A DNA stretch of 64,000 bases from Arcobacteraceae bacterium. GTDB taxonomy: Bacteria; Campylobacterota; Campylobacteria; Campylobacterales; Arcobacteraceae. Shown piece by piece: positions 1 to 8,913 of this stretch (its first letter is position 1; every line of letters begins with the position of its first letter). Made by a program: the position numbers and the translations under genes. Where the stretch lies: positions 9,961-73,960 of the forward strand of contig JBLWVX010000010.1 in the NCBI GenBank assembly GCA_048268245.1, written 5' to 3'. The notes under the pieces are model-generated. The model was not told where the DNA came from, ran no database searches, and was given only the letters and a program-made list of their open reading frames with translations.

Positions 1-1348
1 TTATCATCTCTTTTTTCAAGCTATCACTATCAAGTAATCTTGTAATAGCATTTTTTAAATTTGCTTTTGTTCTTTCATAAATTCTTTCTTCTTCTGTAAG
101 AGTTACATAAACTTTATCTAAATACTCAGCAATACCCTCACCTGCGTATTTATATGTAGTAACTGAATTATAAACATACTTTTGTGCTTTTACATGAGGA
201 ATAAATACACCTGTAAAGATTGAACCCTCAACAGTATTAATTCCATCTAAATCTTTTAAAGGATTATGAGAACAAATATAATCTTCTTTTACAACAGATG
301 GTGAAAATTTAAGTGAACTTATATTGTTTTTAAGAATAATATAACTACCTGTTACCTCTTTGGGTCCACCTTTTAAAGACGTTAATTCATTTTTAAAAGC
401 TAAGAAGTCTCCATGAACAACTTTTGGACATCCTTCAAGAGAAATAAGTTCATTATTACTAATATCAAAATCCCCTTCCACTTCGTTAAAACTAAGTGGA
501 AGTTTTGAAAGGTTTGCTAGCTTATCAGATAGTTTTACACTTCCTTTTACATTTACAGAGTTATTTGGGAGTATTTCAAAACTTTTTATACCATGCTTAC
601 CAAGCCATCTACTTATATCTTCTTTATTACATAAAGCTACTAAAGGTTTGTAAACATGAGAAACTACATCTTTACCCTTATACTTCCAAAAATTTTCTTC
701 TTCATTGTAACTATTTGCAAGTTTATTTAATCTAACATCTGTTCTTACATCCCAACCAATAGTATCTGCAATTCCATCTAAACTTTTTAAAAGATTTCCA
801 TTACAAATATAGTCTTGAACTACAGTTATTGGTCCACCATTCAAATCTTTGATATAGTTATGAGAACAATCAAAATATGCATCAATATATTTAGGTCCAC
901 CTTTTAATGATTCTATTTTATTATGTTCACATCTGAAGTAACCTTTTATAGTTCTAGGACTACCTTTTATAGATGTTAGTTGATTATTAGAACAATTAAA
1001 AAAGCCTATTACTTCTTTTGGACAATAAGAAAGATTTACTAGTTTATTATGAGAACAATCAAAATCCCCAACTTTTACAGGTGCACCAAATAATGATTCT
1101 AAGTTATTTTTTGAACAGTTGAAATCTTTTCCTACTTTTTCAGGACATCCATCAAGTGTCTCTAAAGAGTTATTACTAATATCGAAATAGCCATTTACTA
1201 ATTTAAATTTTACAGGAAGTCTTTTTTCTCTAATTTTTTCATTTAAATTAACACTACCATGAACAGTAATATATAAATCATCTGAAATTGTGTAATTCTC
1301 AATTGAGTGTTCTATTAACCAATTCTCAACTGCAGATAAACTTGTCAT
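1..1348 (-). CDS. Leucine-rich-repeat protein with 21-aa repeats in two duplicated modules; runs off the window edge
   Basis: Manual translation from ATG at 1348 (MTSLSAVENWLIEHSIENYTIS...) is open to position 1; repeats such as FDISNNSLETLDGCPEKVGKD and FNCSNNQLTSIKGSPRTIKGY; not in the ORF track. Confidence 0.85.
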   Translation of the reverse strand, partial: MTSLSAVENWLIEHSIENYTISDDLYITVHGSVNLNEKIREKRLPVKFKLVNGYFDISNNSLETLDGCPEKVGKDFNCSKNNLESLFGAPVKVGDFDCSHNKLVNLSYCPKEVIGFFNCSNNQLTSIKGSPRTIKGYFRCEHNKIESLKGGPKYIDAYFDCSHNYIKDLNGGPITVVQDYICNGNLLKSLDGIADTIGWDVRTDVRLNKLANSYNEEENFWKYKGKDVVSHVYKPLVALCNKEDISRWLGKHGIKSFEILPNNSVNVKGSVKLSDKLANLSKLPLSFNEVEGDFDISNNELISLEGCPKVVHGDFLAFKNELTSLKGGPKEVTGSYIILKNNISSLKFSPSVVKEDYICSHNPLKDLDGINTVEGSIFTGVFIPHVKAQKYVYNSVTTYKYAGEGIAEYLDKVYVTLTEEERIYERTKANLKNAITRLLDSDSLKKEMI

Positions 1349-1444
1349 TTTTCACCTTTAATTATATATACTAAATTTTAGTTTTTATTTGCTTTATTTC
1401 TTATTAGATTGTCTATTTCAAGGCTTAATTAGAAGTTATTCTTA

Positions 1445-1470
1445 CAAAAAGAGTGTTATACTCTCTTTGT
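1445..1470 (-). terminator. Probable intrinsic terminator downstream of thiI
   Basis: Imperfect inverted repeat (ACAAAAAGAGTG / TACTCTCTTTGT) just after the stop codon. Confidence 0.45.
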
Positions 1471-1474
1471 TTTC

Positions 1475-2947
1475 TTAGTTATTTTTCTCAGGTCTATAAA
1501 CTTTTATATTATTTAAACCCTCTGAATCTCTTAAAAATTGTGCATGTAATTGACTCAATATTCCTTTATCACAATAAAATAAGTACTCTTTATCTTGTGG
1601 TAGTTTTCTAAACTGTGATTTTAACTTATAAAATGGTATTTTCAATGTCTCAACACTTGTTTGGATACAATCATCACTTTGTCTGATATCAACAACAGTA
1701 TAATCCCCTGTTGATAAATCTGTAACAACATCAATTTGACCTATTTCATTTACATCATCATCTATTTCATCAACATTTACTACAACAGCATCTTTTACTG
1801 CTTTATCTAACACTTCATAGTTAAAAGCTTTTGCTTCTTTTTCCATTCTATCAAATGAACCATGAGTTACAGGGCTTTTTGAAATAACACCACAATATTC
1901 AGGCATACTCTCAGCAAATCTTGTAGTGCCTATTTTAGTTGCTATTTCTATAATCTCAGGTTTATTCATAGTTGATAAGGGTCTTAAAATTAGTTTATTT
2001 GAAACTTTATCAATTAAAGCTAGATTTCTTAATGTTTGACTTGAAACCTGAGCTACACTCTCACCTGTAAGTAAAGCATCAATTTTCATTTCATCTGCTA
2101 TTTTCTCAGCTGCCATAACCATGAGTCTTTTTAGTGTAACACCCATATAAGGCTCACTAGTTGACTTGAAAATTTCAGTTACAACATCATCAAAAGGAAC
2201 CGAAGTAAAAGTAACCCTATGAGAAGAACCAAATTTATTCCATAAATAGTAAGCTACTTGTTTAACTCCAATTTCATGGGCAATTCCACCAAGGTTAAAG
2301 AAAATAAAGTGAGTTTTAATTCCTCTTTTCATAGTAAGGTAAGATGCAACAGTTGAGTCAAAACCACCTGACATTAAAGATAAAATAGAGTTTTGACTTC
2401 CAATAGGGAAACCTGATAAACCTCTATATTTTTTAGTTACTATATTTAGCTGATTATTTACAAGCTCAATATTTATAGTTACCTCAGCATTTCTTAAATC
2501 TACACCTTTTGTTTCGTTGTGAGCTAACATATATCCACCAACAGTTTGTTCTATATCCGTTGATTTAAATTCATGTGTTCCACTTCTTTTTACTCTTACA
2601 ACAAAAGTTTTATCTTTAATTTCATGAGACATCAACTCATTTGCTTTTACTTTAATTTCATCTATAGTTCTAATATTTTCAAATTGTAATACTTCTAAAA
2701 TCAACTCAACACCAGGAGTGTCTTTTAGTTTTTGTCTTACTTGCTCTATAAGTTCATTTGCACAAGTTATTTCCATTTTATCTGAGAATTTTTTTACAGT
2801 GATTTTTTCATCTATTTTATGAAGTACCGTTATTAGGTTATTATAAAGCTGTCCAACCATTTGTCTTTTAGCTTTTGTTCCTTTTACCATAATCTCTGGG
2901 AAGAACTTTACTACAAATTTTTGTGTCTTATCTTTCGACATTTCCAT
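1475..2947 (-). CDS. thiI: tRNA uracil 4-sulfurtransferase ThiI with C-terminal rhodanese-like domain
   Basis: THUMP region, PP-loop SGGFDS, TGESVAQVSSQT, PEYCG, C-terminal FYCDKG. Confidence 0.95.
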   Translation of the reverse strand: MEMSKDKTQKFVVKFFPEIMVKGTKAKRQMVGQLYNNLITVLHKIDEKITVKKFSDKMEITCANELIEQVRQKLKDTPGVELILEVLQFENIRTIDEIKVKANELMSHEIKDKTFVVRVKRSGTHEFKSTDIEQTVGGYMLAHNETKGVDLRNAEVTINIELVNNQLNIVTKKYRGLSGFPIGSQNSILSLMSGGFDSTVASYLTMKRGIKTHFIFFNLGGIAHEIGVKQVAYYLWNKFGSSHRVTFTSVPFDDVVTEIFKSTSEPYMGVTLKRLMVMAAEKIADEMKIDALLTGESVAQVSSQTLRNLALIDKVSNKLILRPLSTMNKPEIIEIATKIGTTRFAESMPEYCGVISKSPVTHGSFDRMEKEAKAFNYEVLDKAVKDAVVVNVDEIDDDVNEIGQIDVVTDLSTGDYTVVDIRQSDDCIQTSVETLKIPFYKLKSQFRKLPQDKEYLFYCDKGILSQLHAQFLRDSEGLNNIKVYRPEKNN

Positions 2948-3088
2948 TATTTAAATACCCTTATATTTTTATATAAGCGCAATTATAACATAAGAGTTTT
3001 AAGTTTAGTGTAGAGTAAAAAAGAATAAATAAGGTATGAATAGTATTTAAAACACTATCTACCTTATAAGATTTTTATATGAGTTAAA

Positions 3089-3508
3089 TTAAACGATTTT
3101 TTCAATAAATACTTTAAATGTTAAATCTTTTCCAGCTAAAGGGTGATTATAGTCAACTGTTACCTCATCTTTAGTTACATCAGTAACTGTAGCTTTTAAA
3201 AGTGATCCATCTTGGGCTTCACCTTCTAAAATCATTCCAATTTGTAAATCAATACCCTCAAAATCACTAACTGGAACTTTTTCATTTAAAGTTTCATCAT
3301 ATGGTCCATAAGCTTTATCACTTTTTACAGTAACAGTTCTTGTTTCACCTTCATTTATATCTGTAATTAATTCTTCAAATCCTGCTAATAATTGTCCTGA
3401 ACCAAACGCAAATGTCATTGGCTTATCGCCCATATTGCTTTCTATTATTCTATCATCTACTTTTAATTCAAATGTCATAGTTACTAATTGATCTTTTTTA
3501 ATAGCCAT
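3089..3508 (-). CDS. FKBP-type peptidyl-prolyl isomerase (SlyD-like)
   Basis: FGSGQLLAGFE, AYG, VDYNHPLAGKDLTF motifs. Confidence 0.92.
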   Translation of the reverse strand: MAIKKDQLVTMTFELKVDDRIIESNMGDKPMTFAFGSGQLLAGFEELITDINEGETRTVTVKSDKAYGPYDETLNEKVPVSDFEGIDLQIGMILEGEAQDGSLLKATVTDVTKDEVTVDYNHPLAGKDLTFKVFIEKIV

Positions 3509-3882
3509 TTGTATTCCTTATTTAAAATGCATAACTATATCAAAAAAATCTTTAATGAAAATTAGTAAACTTCTATTTATGTTATAGTATATATAGTAGT
3601 ATTATCTATACAATAGCTATAGCTTATTAAAATTTGATTTCATAAGAATTATTTAAGTTTACTCACATGTATTGCTATATACCCTACTTACAATTTTACA
3701 TTTGTCGTATAGGAATAAAAAATTTTCTTTAATTAATAGAAAATATTCCATTTTGAAAGATTTATTTTCACAAAAAGCTAAAAAATAAAGATTTTGATAG
3801 CTATTCTAAACTAAAAACAAGAATTGTATATTTTAAACTCCATTTACTATTTAACAAACACCGTATAGGAATAAAAAGCTTT

Positions 3883-3945
3883 CATTATATACTAAGGTAT
3901 ACAACGCTAATATTTTACAAACGTTATATAATCAAATATATAAGG
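3883..3945 (+). promoter_or_regulatory. Two tandem ModE-box-like operators upstream of modE
   Basis: CATTATATA-N6-TATACAACG (3883-3906) and CGTTATATA-N6-TATATAAGG (3922-3945) match the CGNTATATA-N6-TATATANCG ModE pattern. Confidence 0.75.
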
Positions 3946-3951
3946 ACAAAA

Positions 3952-4734
3952 GTGAATATATCATCAAACTTAACTTTAGAGCTATTTAATCAGCCTTTTT
4001 TATTAGAAAAAAGAATAGATTTACTACTTGCTATAAAAGAGCATGGTTCTATATCAAAAGCAGCTAAAGCTGTACCTATGAGCTATAAAGCTGCATGGGA
4101 TGCAATAGATAGTATGAATAACTTATCAGCTAAAGCTCTTGTATCAAAAGAGACAGGAGGAAAAGGTGGTGGAGGAACTGCTCTTACTTCTTATGGGGAG
4201 AGTATCATTAAAACCTACTTACTATTAAAAGAAGAACAAAAAAGGTTTATGGAGAAGTTAAACGATCTAACAGATATAGACACAGGAACTTTTAAAACAA
4301 TAGGAAGACTAGCTATGCAAATAAGTGCAAGAAATCAAATAATAGGAAGAGTAGACAAAATAGTTTCAAATGAAGTAAATGCAAATATCATAATAGTCCC
4401 TAAAAGTGGTCATGAGCTTTTTGCAAATATTACCTATGATGCTTTACAATCTTTAGATATAAAAAAGAATGATGAAGTAACTGCTATTTTTAACTCAAAT
4501 AATATACTTTTATCTACAAGTAGTGATATAGCCATTAGTGCAAGAAACAAAATAAAAGGCACAATCAAAGATATCACAAAAAACTCTACTAATAGTGAAG
4601 TTACTATTGATATTAGTGAAAATGAGACTATTACCTCTATTATTACAACAGGAGCAGTAAAGAACCTAAAACTTGAAATAGGAAAGCCTGTATATGCTTA
4701 TATAAAATCAAATGATATTATGGTGGGGAAATAA
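3952..4734 (+). CDS. modE: Molybdate-responsive regulator ModE (HTH + two TOBE domains)
   Basis: GSISKAAKAVPMSYKAAW HTH, GGKGGGG, two SARN TOBE motifs. Confidence 0.93.
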   Translation: MNISSNLTLELFNQPFLLEKRIDLLLAIKEHGSISKAAKAVPMSYKAAWDAIDSMNNLSAKALVSKETGGKGGGGTALTSYGESIIKTYLLLKEEQKRFMEKLNDLTDIDTGTFKTIGRLAMQISARNQIIGRVDKIVSNEVNANIIIVPKSGHELFANITYDALQSLDIKKNDEVTAIFNSNNILLSTSSDIAISARNKIKGTIKDITKNSTNSEVTIDISENETITSIITTGAVKNLKLEIGKPVYAYIKSNDIMVGK

Positions 4735-5481
4735 ATGAAAAAGATTCTAACAACTGTTGCTTTGCTTTCATGTGGTTTATACGCAAACACATTAAATATA
4801 GCAGTTGCAGCAAATGTATCATATGCAATCAAAGAGTTAAAAAAAGAGTTTATAAAAACAAATCCTGATACTAAAGTAAATATCACTTTAGGAAGTAGTG
4901 GAAAACTAACAGCACAAATCAAAAACAATGCACCTTATGATGTTTTTATGTCTGCAAATATGAAATATCCGCAAGCTTTATACAAAGATGGTTTAGCTTT
5001 AAATACTCCGCAGGTTTATGCAATGGGCTCATTGTCTTTATTTTCAAAGAAAGAACAAAACTTCTCCCAAGGTTTAGATTTACTAAAAGATGAAAATATA
5101 AAACATATTGCAATTGCAAATCCTAAAACAGCTCCATATGGAGAAGCATCATTTGAGCTTTTAGAAAACAAGAAGCTTTTAAATAAGCTTCAAAAGAAGT
5201 TTGTATATGGTGAATCAATTTCACAAACTCTCTCATATACCTTTACTGCTGCTAACATAGGATTTATCGCAAAATCTATGCTTTTTAGTCCAAAGATGTC
5301 TAAGTATAAAGAAGGATTAAACTATATACATATTGACCCTAAGTTTTACACTTCAATAAAGCAAGGTGCTATTATTTTAAAAAATAGCAAGAATAAAAAA
5401 GATGCCAATAAGTTTTATAATTTCTTATTTTCTAAAGAAGCTAAGAGTATTTTTGAAAACTACGGCTATATTGTAAAATAG
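4735..5481 (+). CDS. modA: Molybdate ABC transporter periplasmic binding protein
   Basis: Signal peptide, GSSGKL, DVFMSAN, IANPKTAPYG. Confidence 0.95.
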   Translation: MKKILTTVALLSCGLYANTLNIAVAANVSYAIKELKKEFIKTNPDTKVNITLGSSGKLTAQIKNNAPYDVFMSANMKYPQALYKDGLALNTPQVYAMGSLSLFSKKEQNFSQGLDLLKDENIKHIAIANPKTAPYGEASFELLENKKLLNKLQKKFVYGESISQTLSYTFTAANIGFIAKSMLFSPKMSKYKEGLNYIHIDPKFYTSIKQGAIILKNSKNKKDANKFYNFLFSKEAKSIFENYGYIVK

Positions 5482-5485
5482 GACT

Positions 5486-5881
5486 TTGTATATGTTAAAA
5501 GCAATAGTAAAAAGTATACAAACAGAAGAAATTATACATCTTGTAGAATTTAGTTTTCATCAAACAACTTTGAAAATGTTAAGTTTAGAGCTAAATGACA
5601 ATATAAAAATAGGAACAAAAGTAGCTTTATCTATCAAGTCAACTCATATAACTTTAGCAAAAAAGTTTTCAGGAGAGCTTAGCTGTAGCAACCAAATAAA
5701 AGCAAAAATTGATGATATTAAAAATGGAAAAATTTTAAGTTCGATTATACTAAATATAGATGGTGATATTTTAGAAGCTATTATTACAAGTAGTGCAGCT
5801 TTTGATATGAACTTAAAAAAAGATGATGATGTAATAGTGTTAATAAAAGCAAGTGAAATATCTATAAAAGAAGTATTATAA
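5486..5881 (+). CDS. TOBE/molybdopterin-binding (Mop) domain protein
   Basis: LSCSNQIKAKI...AIIT...LIKASE TOBE pattern; inside the mod operon. Confidence 0.85.
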   Translation: MYMLKAIVKSIQTEEIIHLVEFSFHQTTLKMLSLELNDNIKIGTKVALSIKSTHITLAKKFSGELSCSNQIKAKIDDIKNGKILSSIILNIDGDILEAIITSSAAFDMNLKKDDDVIVLIKASEISIKEVL

Positions 5882-6570
5882 TGTTTGATTTACTTTTAAA
5901 TATTGAACTAACACCTTTTTATATCTCTTTTAAGTTGGCACTTATTACAACTATTATTCTATTTATAATTGCCCTACCCTTATCATGGTGGCTTAGCCAG
6001 AGTAATTCAAAAGTAAAACCTTTTATTGAAGCAATTACAGCATTACCTATTGTATTACCTCCATCAGTAATTGGTTTTTATATACTTTGGGCATTATCAA
6101 GCAACTCTTATATAGGAGCTTTCTTTGAAGAGACTTTTGGAATACAACTTGTGTTTAATTTTACAGGCTTAGTAATAGCTAGTTGTTTTTATAGTCTTCC
6201 TTTTATGGTTCAACCCTTACAGAGTGGTTTTGAAAACCTAAATAAAAATATGCTTGAAGCAAGTTATATAAGTGGTAAAAGTAAACTAATCACCCTATTT
6301 AAAGTAGCACTACCAAATATCAAACCTTCACTTTTAACTGCACTTATTGTAACTTTTGCCCATACTGTAGGCGAATTTGGTGTAGTTTTGATGATAGGAG
6401 GAAGTATTCCAGGTGAAACTAAAGTGGCATCTGTAGCTATATATGAATTTGTTGAAATCTTGGATTATGGTATGGCCCATGTATATAGTGCTATTATGTT
6501 AGGACTTAGCTTCTTAGTATTACTAAGTGTTTATATTTTTAATGCAAAACAGAAAAAGAGTTTTATTTAA
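5881..6570 (+). CDS. modB: Molybdate ABC transporter permease
   Basis: LPIVLPPSVIGF, FAHTVGEFGVVLMIGG. Confidence 0.95.
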   Translation: MFDLLLNIELTPFYISFKLALITTIILFIIALPLSWWLSQSNSKVKPFIEAITALPIVLPPSVIGFYILWALSSNSYIGAFFEETFGIQLVFNFTGLVIASCFYSLPFMVQPLQSGFENLNKNMLEASYISGKSKLITLFKVALPNIKPSLLTALIVTFAHTVGEFGVVLMIGGSIPGETKVASVAIYEFVEILDYGMAHVYSAIMLGLSFLVLLSVYIFNAKQKKSFI

Positions 6571-6645
6571 TTTCAATATGAAATACTTTTATAAATAAAT
6601 TATAATTTATGTTATCATAAGCTTTGATAACAATTAGGATTACTT

Positions 6646-7038
6646 ATGAAAGACTATGATAAATGGAATAAAGTTAAAAAAGAGACTTCAAACCAAAATA
6701 ACTTCTTTACTTTTAAAGTTAGAGAAATTTATTGGCTAAAGGTTGGATATAACATAGGATATGAAGTATATGGGAAAGGAGATGACTATTTAAGACCAGT
6801 GTTAATTTTAAGAAAATTTAGCAAAGAAAGCTTCTTAGGAATTCCTTTAACAAGTTCAACGAAAAAGGATATGTTTCATTATGGATTTTATCCCCTAAAT
6901 AAAGATAAAAAGAATTATGCCATGCTGTCACAAATAAAACTGTTTTCTTCAAAAAGAATACACGATAAAATGGGTAAAATTTCTGTAGAAGATTTTAAAA
7001 AGTTAAAAGTAAATTTAAAAGAATTAATTGGATTATAA
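6646..7038 (+). CDS. PemK/MazF-family toxin (endoribonuclease fold) with no adjacent protein antitoxin
   Basis: REIYW..GYNIGYE..GKG...RPVLIL...GIPLTS...AMLSQIK..SSKR MazF-like motifs; only 75 bp upstream, no antitoxin ORF. Confidence 0.85.
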   Translation: MKDYDKWNKVKKETSNQNNFFTFKVREIYWLKVGYNIGYEVYGKGDDYLRPVLILRKFSKESFLGIPLTSSTKKDMFHYGFYPLNKDKKNYAMLSQIKLFSSKRIHDKMGKISVEDFKKLKVNLKELIGL

Positions 7039-7039
7039 A

Positions 7040-7085
7040 TACTCCCCTAAAGATTAGGGGCTTCCTGCAAGCAGGTTGGTTTGTA
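7040..7085 (-). ncRNA. Putative small RNA convergent with pemK (candidate RNA antitoxin), copy 1
   Basis: Minus strand ACAAACCAA-CCTG(CTTG)CAGG-AAG-CCCCTAA(TCT)TTAGGGG downstream of a perfect promoter; same design recurs at 52358-52400. Confidence 0.6.
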
Positions 7086-7090
7086 AGAGA

Positions 7091-7119
7091 ATTATATAAC
7101 AAAAGAATATATATGTCAA
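7091..7119 (-). promoter_or_regulatory. Perfect-consensus sigma70 promoter pointing toward the pemK 3' end
   Basis: Reverse complement reads TTGACA-tatatattcttttgtta(17 nt)-TATAAT. Confidence 0.8.
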
Positions 7120-7131
7120 GAAAGGAAAAAA

Positions 7132-8913
7132 GTGGAACTTGTTTATTTATGGATTAAAGATTATAAAAATATAAAGGAGCAAGGGTTTAATTTCTCTCCT
7201 AGGTTTGAGTGTAAATATGATAAAGATTCAAATAAGTTGACTATTGATGAAAATAAAAAGTATGTTAATATTTTTCCTGAAAATATTAATGTTACTGCTA
7301 TTGTTGGTGAGAATGGGAGTGGGAAAAGTACTATTTTAAAATATATAGCACAATATTTATCATTATTATTAACTAGAATAGATTCAATAGCACTTTCTCC
7401 AGATACTTTTATTTTTATTTTTTTTGATAAATTATCAAATAATATTTATACTGCAGGAAATGTTCTAGAAGATACTCATATAATAAATAAAACTGTATAC
7501 AAAACTTTCTCGAATAAGATAGAAACATTTAAGTCAAAGAAATATATTGATTTTTTAAAAAGTAAAAAACATGATAAAATGATAAGTCTTGATACAAATG
7601 AAAGATACAATAACTCTATACATAAACACCTTCTTAAAAAAAATTTAAACAAATTAATAAATAATTCCTTTACACTCCACTATGATTATTCTTTTAATAT
7701 GTTTACAAACTATCATAGTGAAACTAATTTTTTATCTGTGCCTAATAAGGAGTACGATATTTATCAACATCATAATTATGATAAAACTTTATTAGTTGAA
7801 CACATAATTAATAAGTCATACATTGAAAAAGAGAAAAAATACTTTGAACCAAGTAAACTCTTAATATTGTTTCAGCCACTTAAAAATCTTAAGTTTCAAT
7901 TTAAACAAAACATGAGTATTAAAGAATTTATGGTGTTTCTAATTAATAGCAGTATCTTTGAATTATTGAAAAGACAACATAGAAACTTTATCAATAATAA
8001 AAATGCTGAAAATAATCCAGAGTTATTAGACAATTTAATAACTAATAATATTAAATCAATTAAAGAAATTATAGATAATCAAACAAAACAAGTTCCCTTA
8101 GCATATCAACTAAAAGATTTAGTTAATTATCTAAAGATATTAAAAAAAACTAATTCTTTAAACATCTTTTCAATTGATAAAGAGTATGAGAGGATAAATA
8201 TAAATATTAATTATCTTAATGATAATAACATTAAACTTTTAACACAAATTCCTACTGATATATTAAAGCTAAAAATTTATTCAGATAATTTTGATTATGA
8301 TGATTTAAGTAATGGAGAAAAATCAGCTCTTAGAATAAGATTTTATATTGAAAGAGCAATACAAAATAGCAAAAGAGACAATTATTTTATTTTACTTGAT
8401 GAAGCTGATAATGAACTACATCCGCAATGGCAAAAAAAGCTTATTAAATATCTATATGACATTTTTAAAAATAGAAGAGAAACTTTTCATTTTATCTTAA
8501 CTTCCCACTCACCTTTTATACTTTCAGACTTACCAAAAGAAAATATAATTTTTCTAGAAAATGGGAAGCAAGAATACCCATTTAAAGATAATGAGCAAAC
8601 TTTTGGAGCAAATATACATACCCTACTTTCCCATGGTTTTTTTATGGAAGATGGTCTCATGGGAGAATACGCAAAAGAGAAAATAAATGAAGTTATTGAA
8701 ATATTAAAGCATGATAGTTTATCTTCTGATGAAATAAAAACTTGCAAAGATATTATCTCAATAATTGGTGAGCCAATTTTACAAAAGACCTTACAAAGTC
8801 AATTAGATATGAAACTTTATCCAAAAGAAACTCAATTAGAAAAACTTGAAAGAGAACAAAGAGAAATTCAAGCAGAAATAGATGAGCTAAAGAAAAAAAA
8901 TGAAACAGATTGA
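7132..8913 (+). CDS. ABC/AAA-type ATPase, Septu PtuA-like defence protein
   Basis: Walker A GENGSGKS, signature LSNGE, Walker B ILLDEAD, LHPQWQ, TSHSPF; overlaps a downstream HNH gene. Confidence 0.8.
   Translation: MELVYLWIKDYKNIKEQGFNFSPRFECKYDKDSNKLTIDENKKYVNIFPENINVTAIVGENGSGKSTILKYIAQYLSLLLTRIDSIALSPDTFIFIFFDKLSNNIYTAGNVLEDTHIINKTVYKTFSNKIETFKSKKYIDFLKSKKHDKMISLDTNERYNNSIHKHLLKKNLNKLINNSFTLHYDYSFNMFTNYHSETNFLSVPNKEYDIYQHHNYDKTLLVEHIINKSYIEKEKKYFEPSKLLILFQPLKNLKFQFKQNMSIKEFMVFLINSSIFELLKRQHRNFINNKNAENNPELLDNLITNNIKSIKEIIDNQTKQVPLAYQLKDLVNYLKILKKTNSLNIFSIDKEYERINININYLNDNNIKLLTQIPTDILKLKIYSDNFDYDDLSNGEKSALRIRFYIERAIQNSKRDNYFILLDEADNELHPQWQKKLIKYLYDIFKNRRETFHFILTSHSPFILSDLPKENIIFLENGKQEYPFKDNEQTFGANIHTLLSHGFFMEDGLMGEYAKEKINEVIEILKHDSLSSDEIKTCKDIISIIGEPILQKTLQSQLDMKLYPKETQLEKLEREQREIQAEIDELKKKNETD

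Noticed and set aside
496..735. 79-aa plus-strand ORF
   Set aside because: Antisense shadow of the LRR gene on the minus strand.
6571..6645. ToxI-like tandem repeat array (classical type III TA) upstream of pemK
   Set aside because: Only 75 bp, with no tandem repeats visible.
7044..7060. Hairpin read as only the pemK terminator
   Set aside because: No U-tract on the plus strand, and this reading does not explain the second hairpin, the antisense promoter or the repeated layout at 52.3 kb. A termination role is not excluded.
7039..7131. Retron msr/msd upstream of the Septu-like genes
   Set aside because: No reverse transcriptase in the window, the region is short and there are no long a1/a2 inverted repeats.
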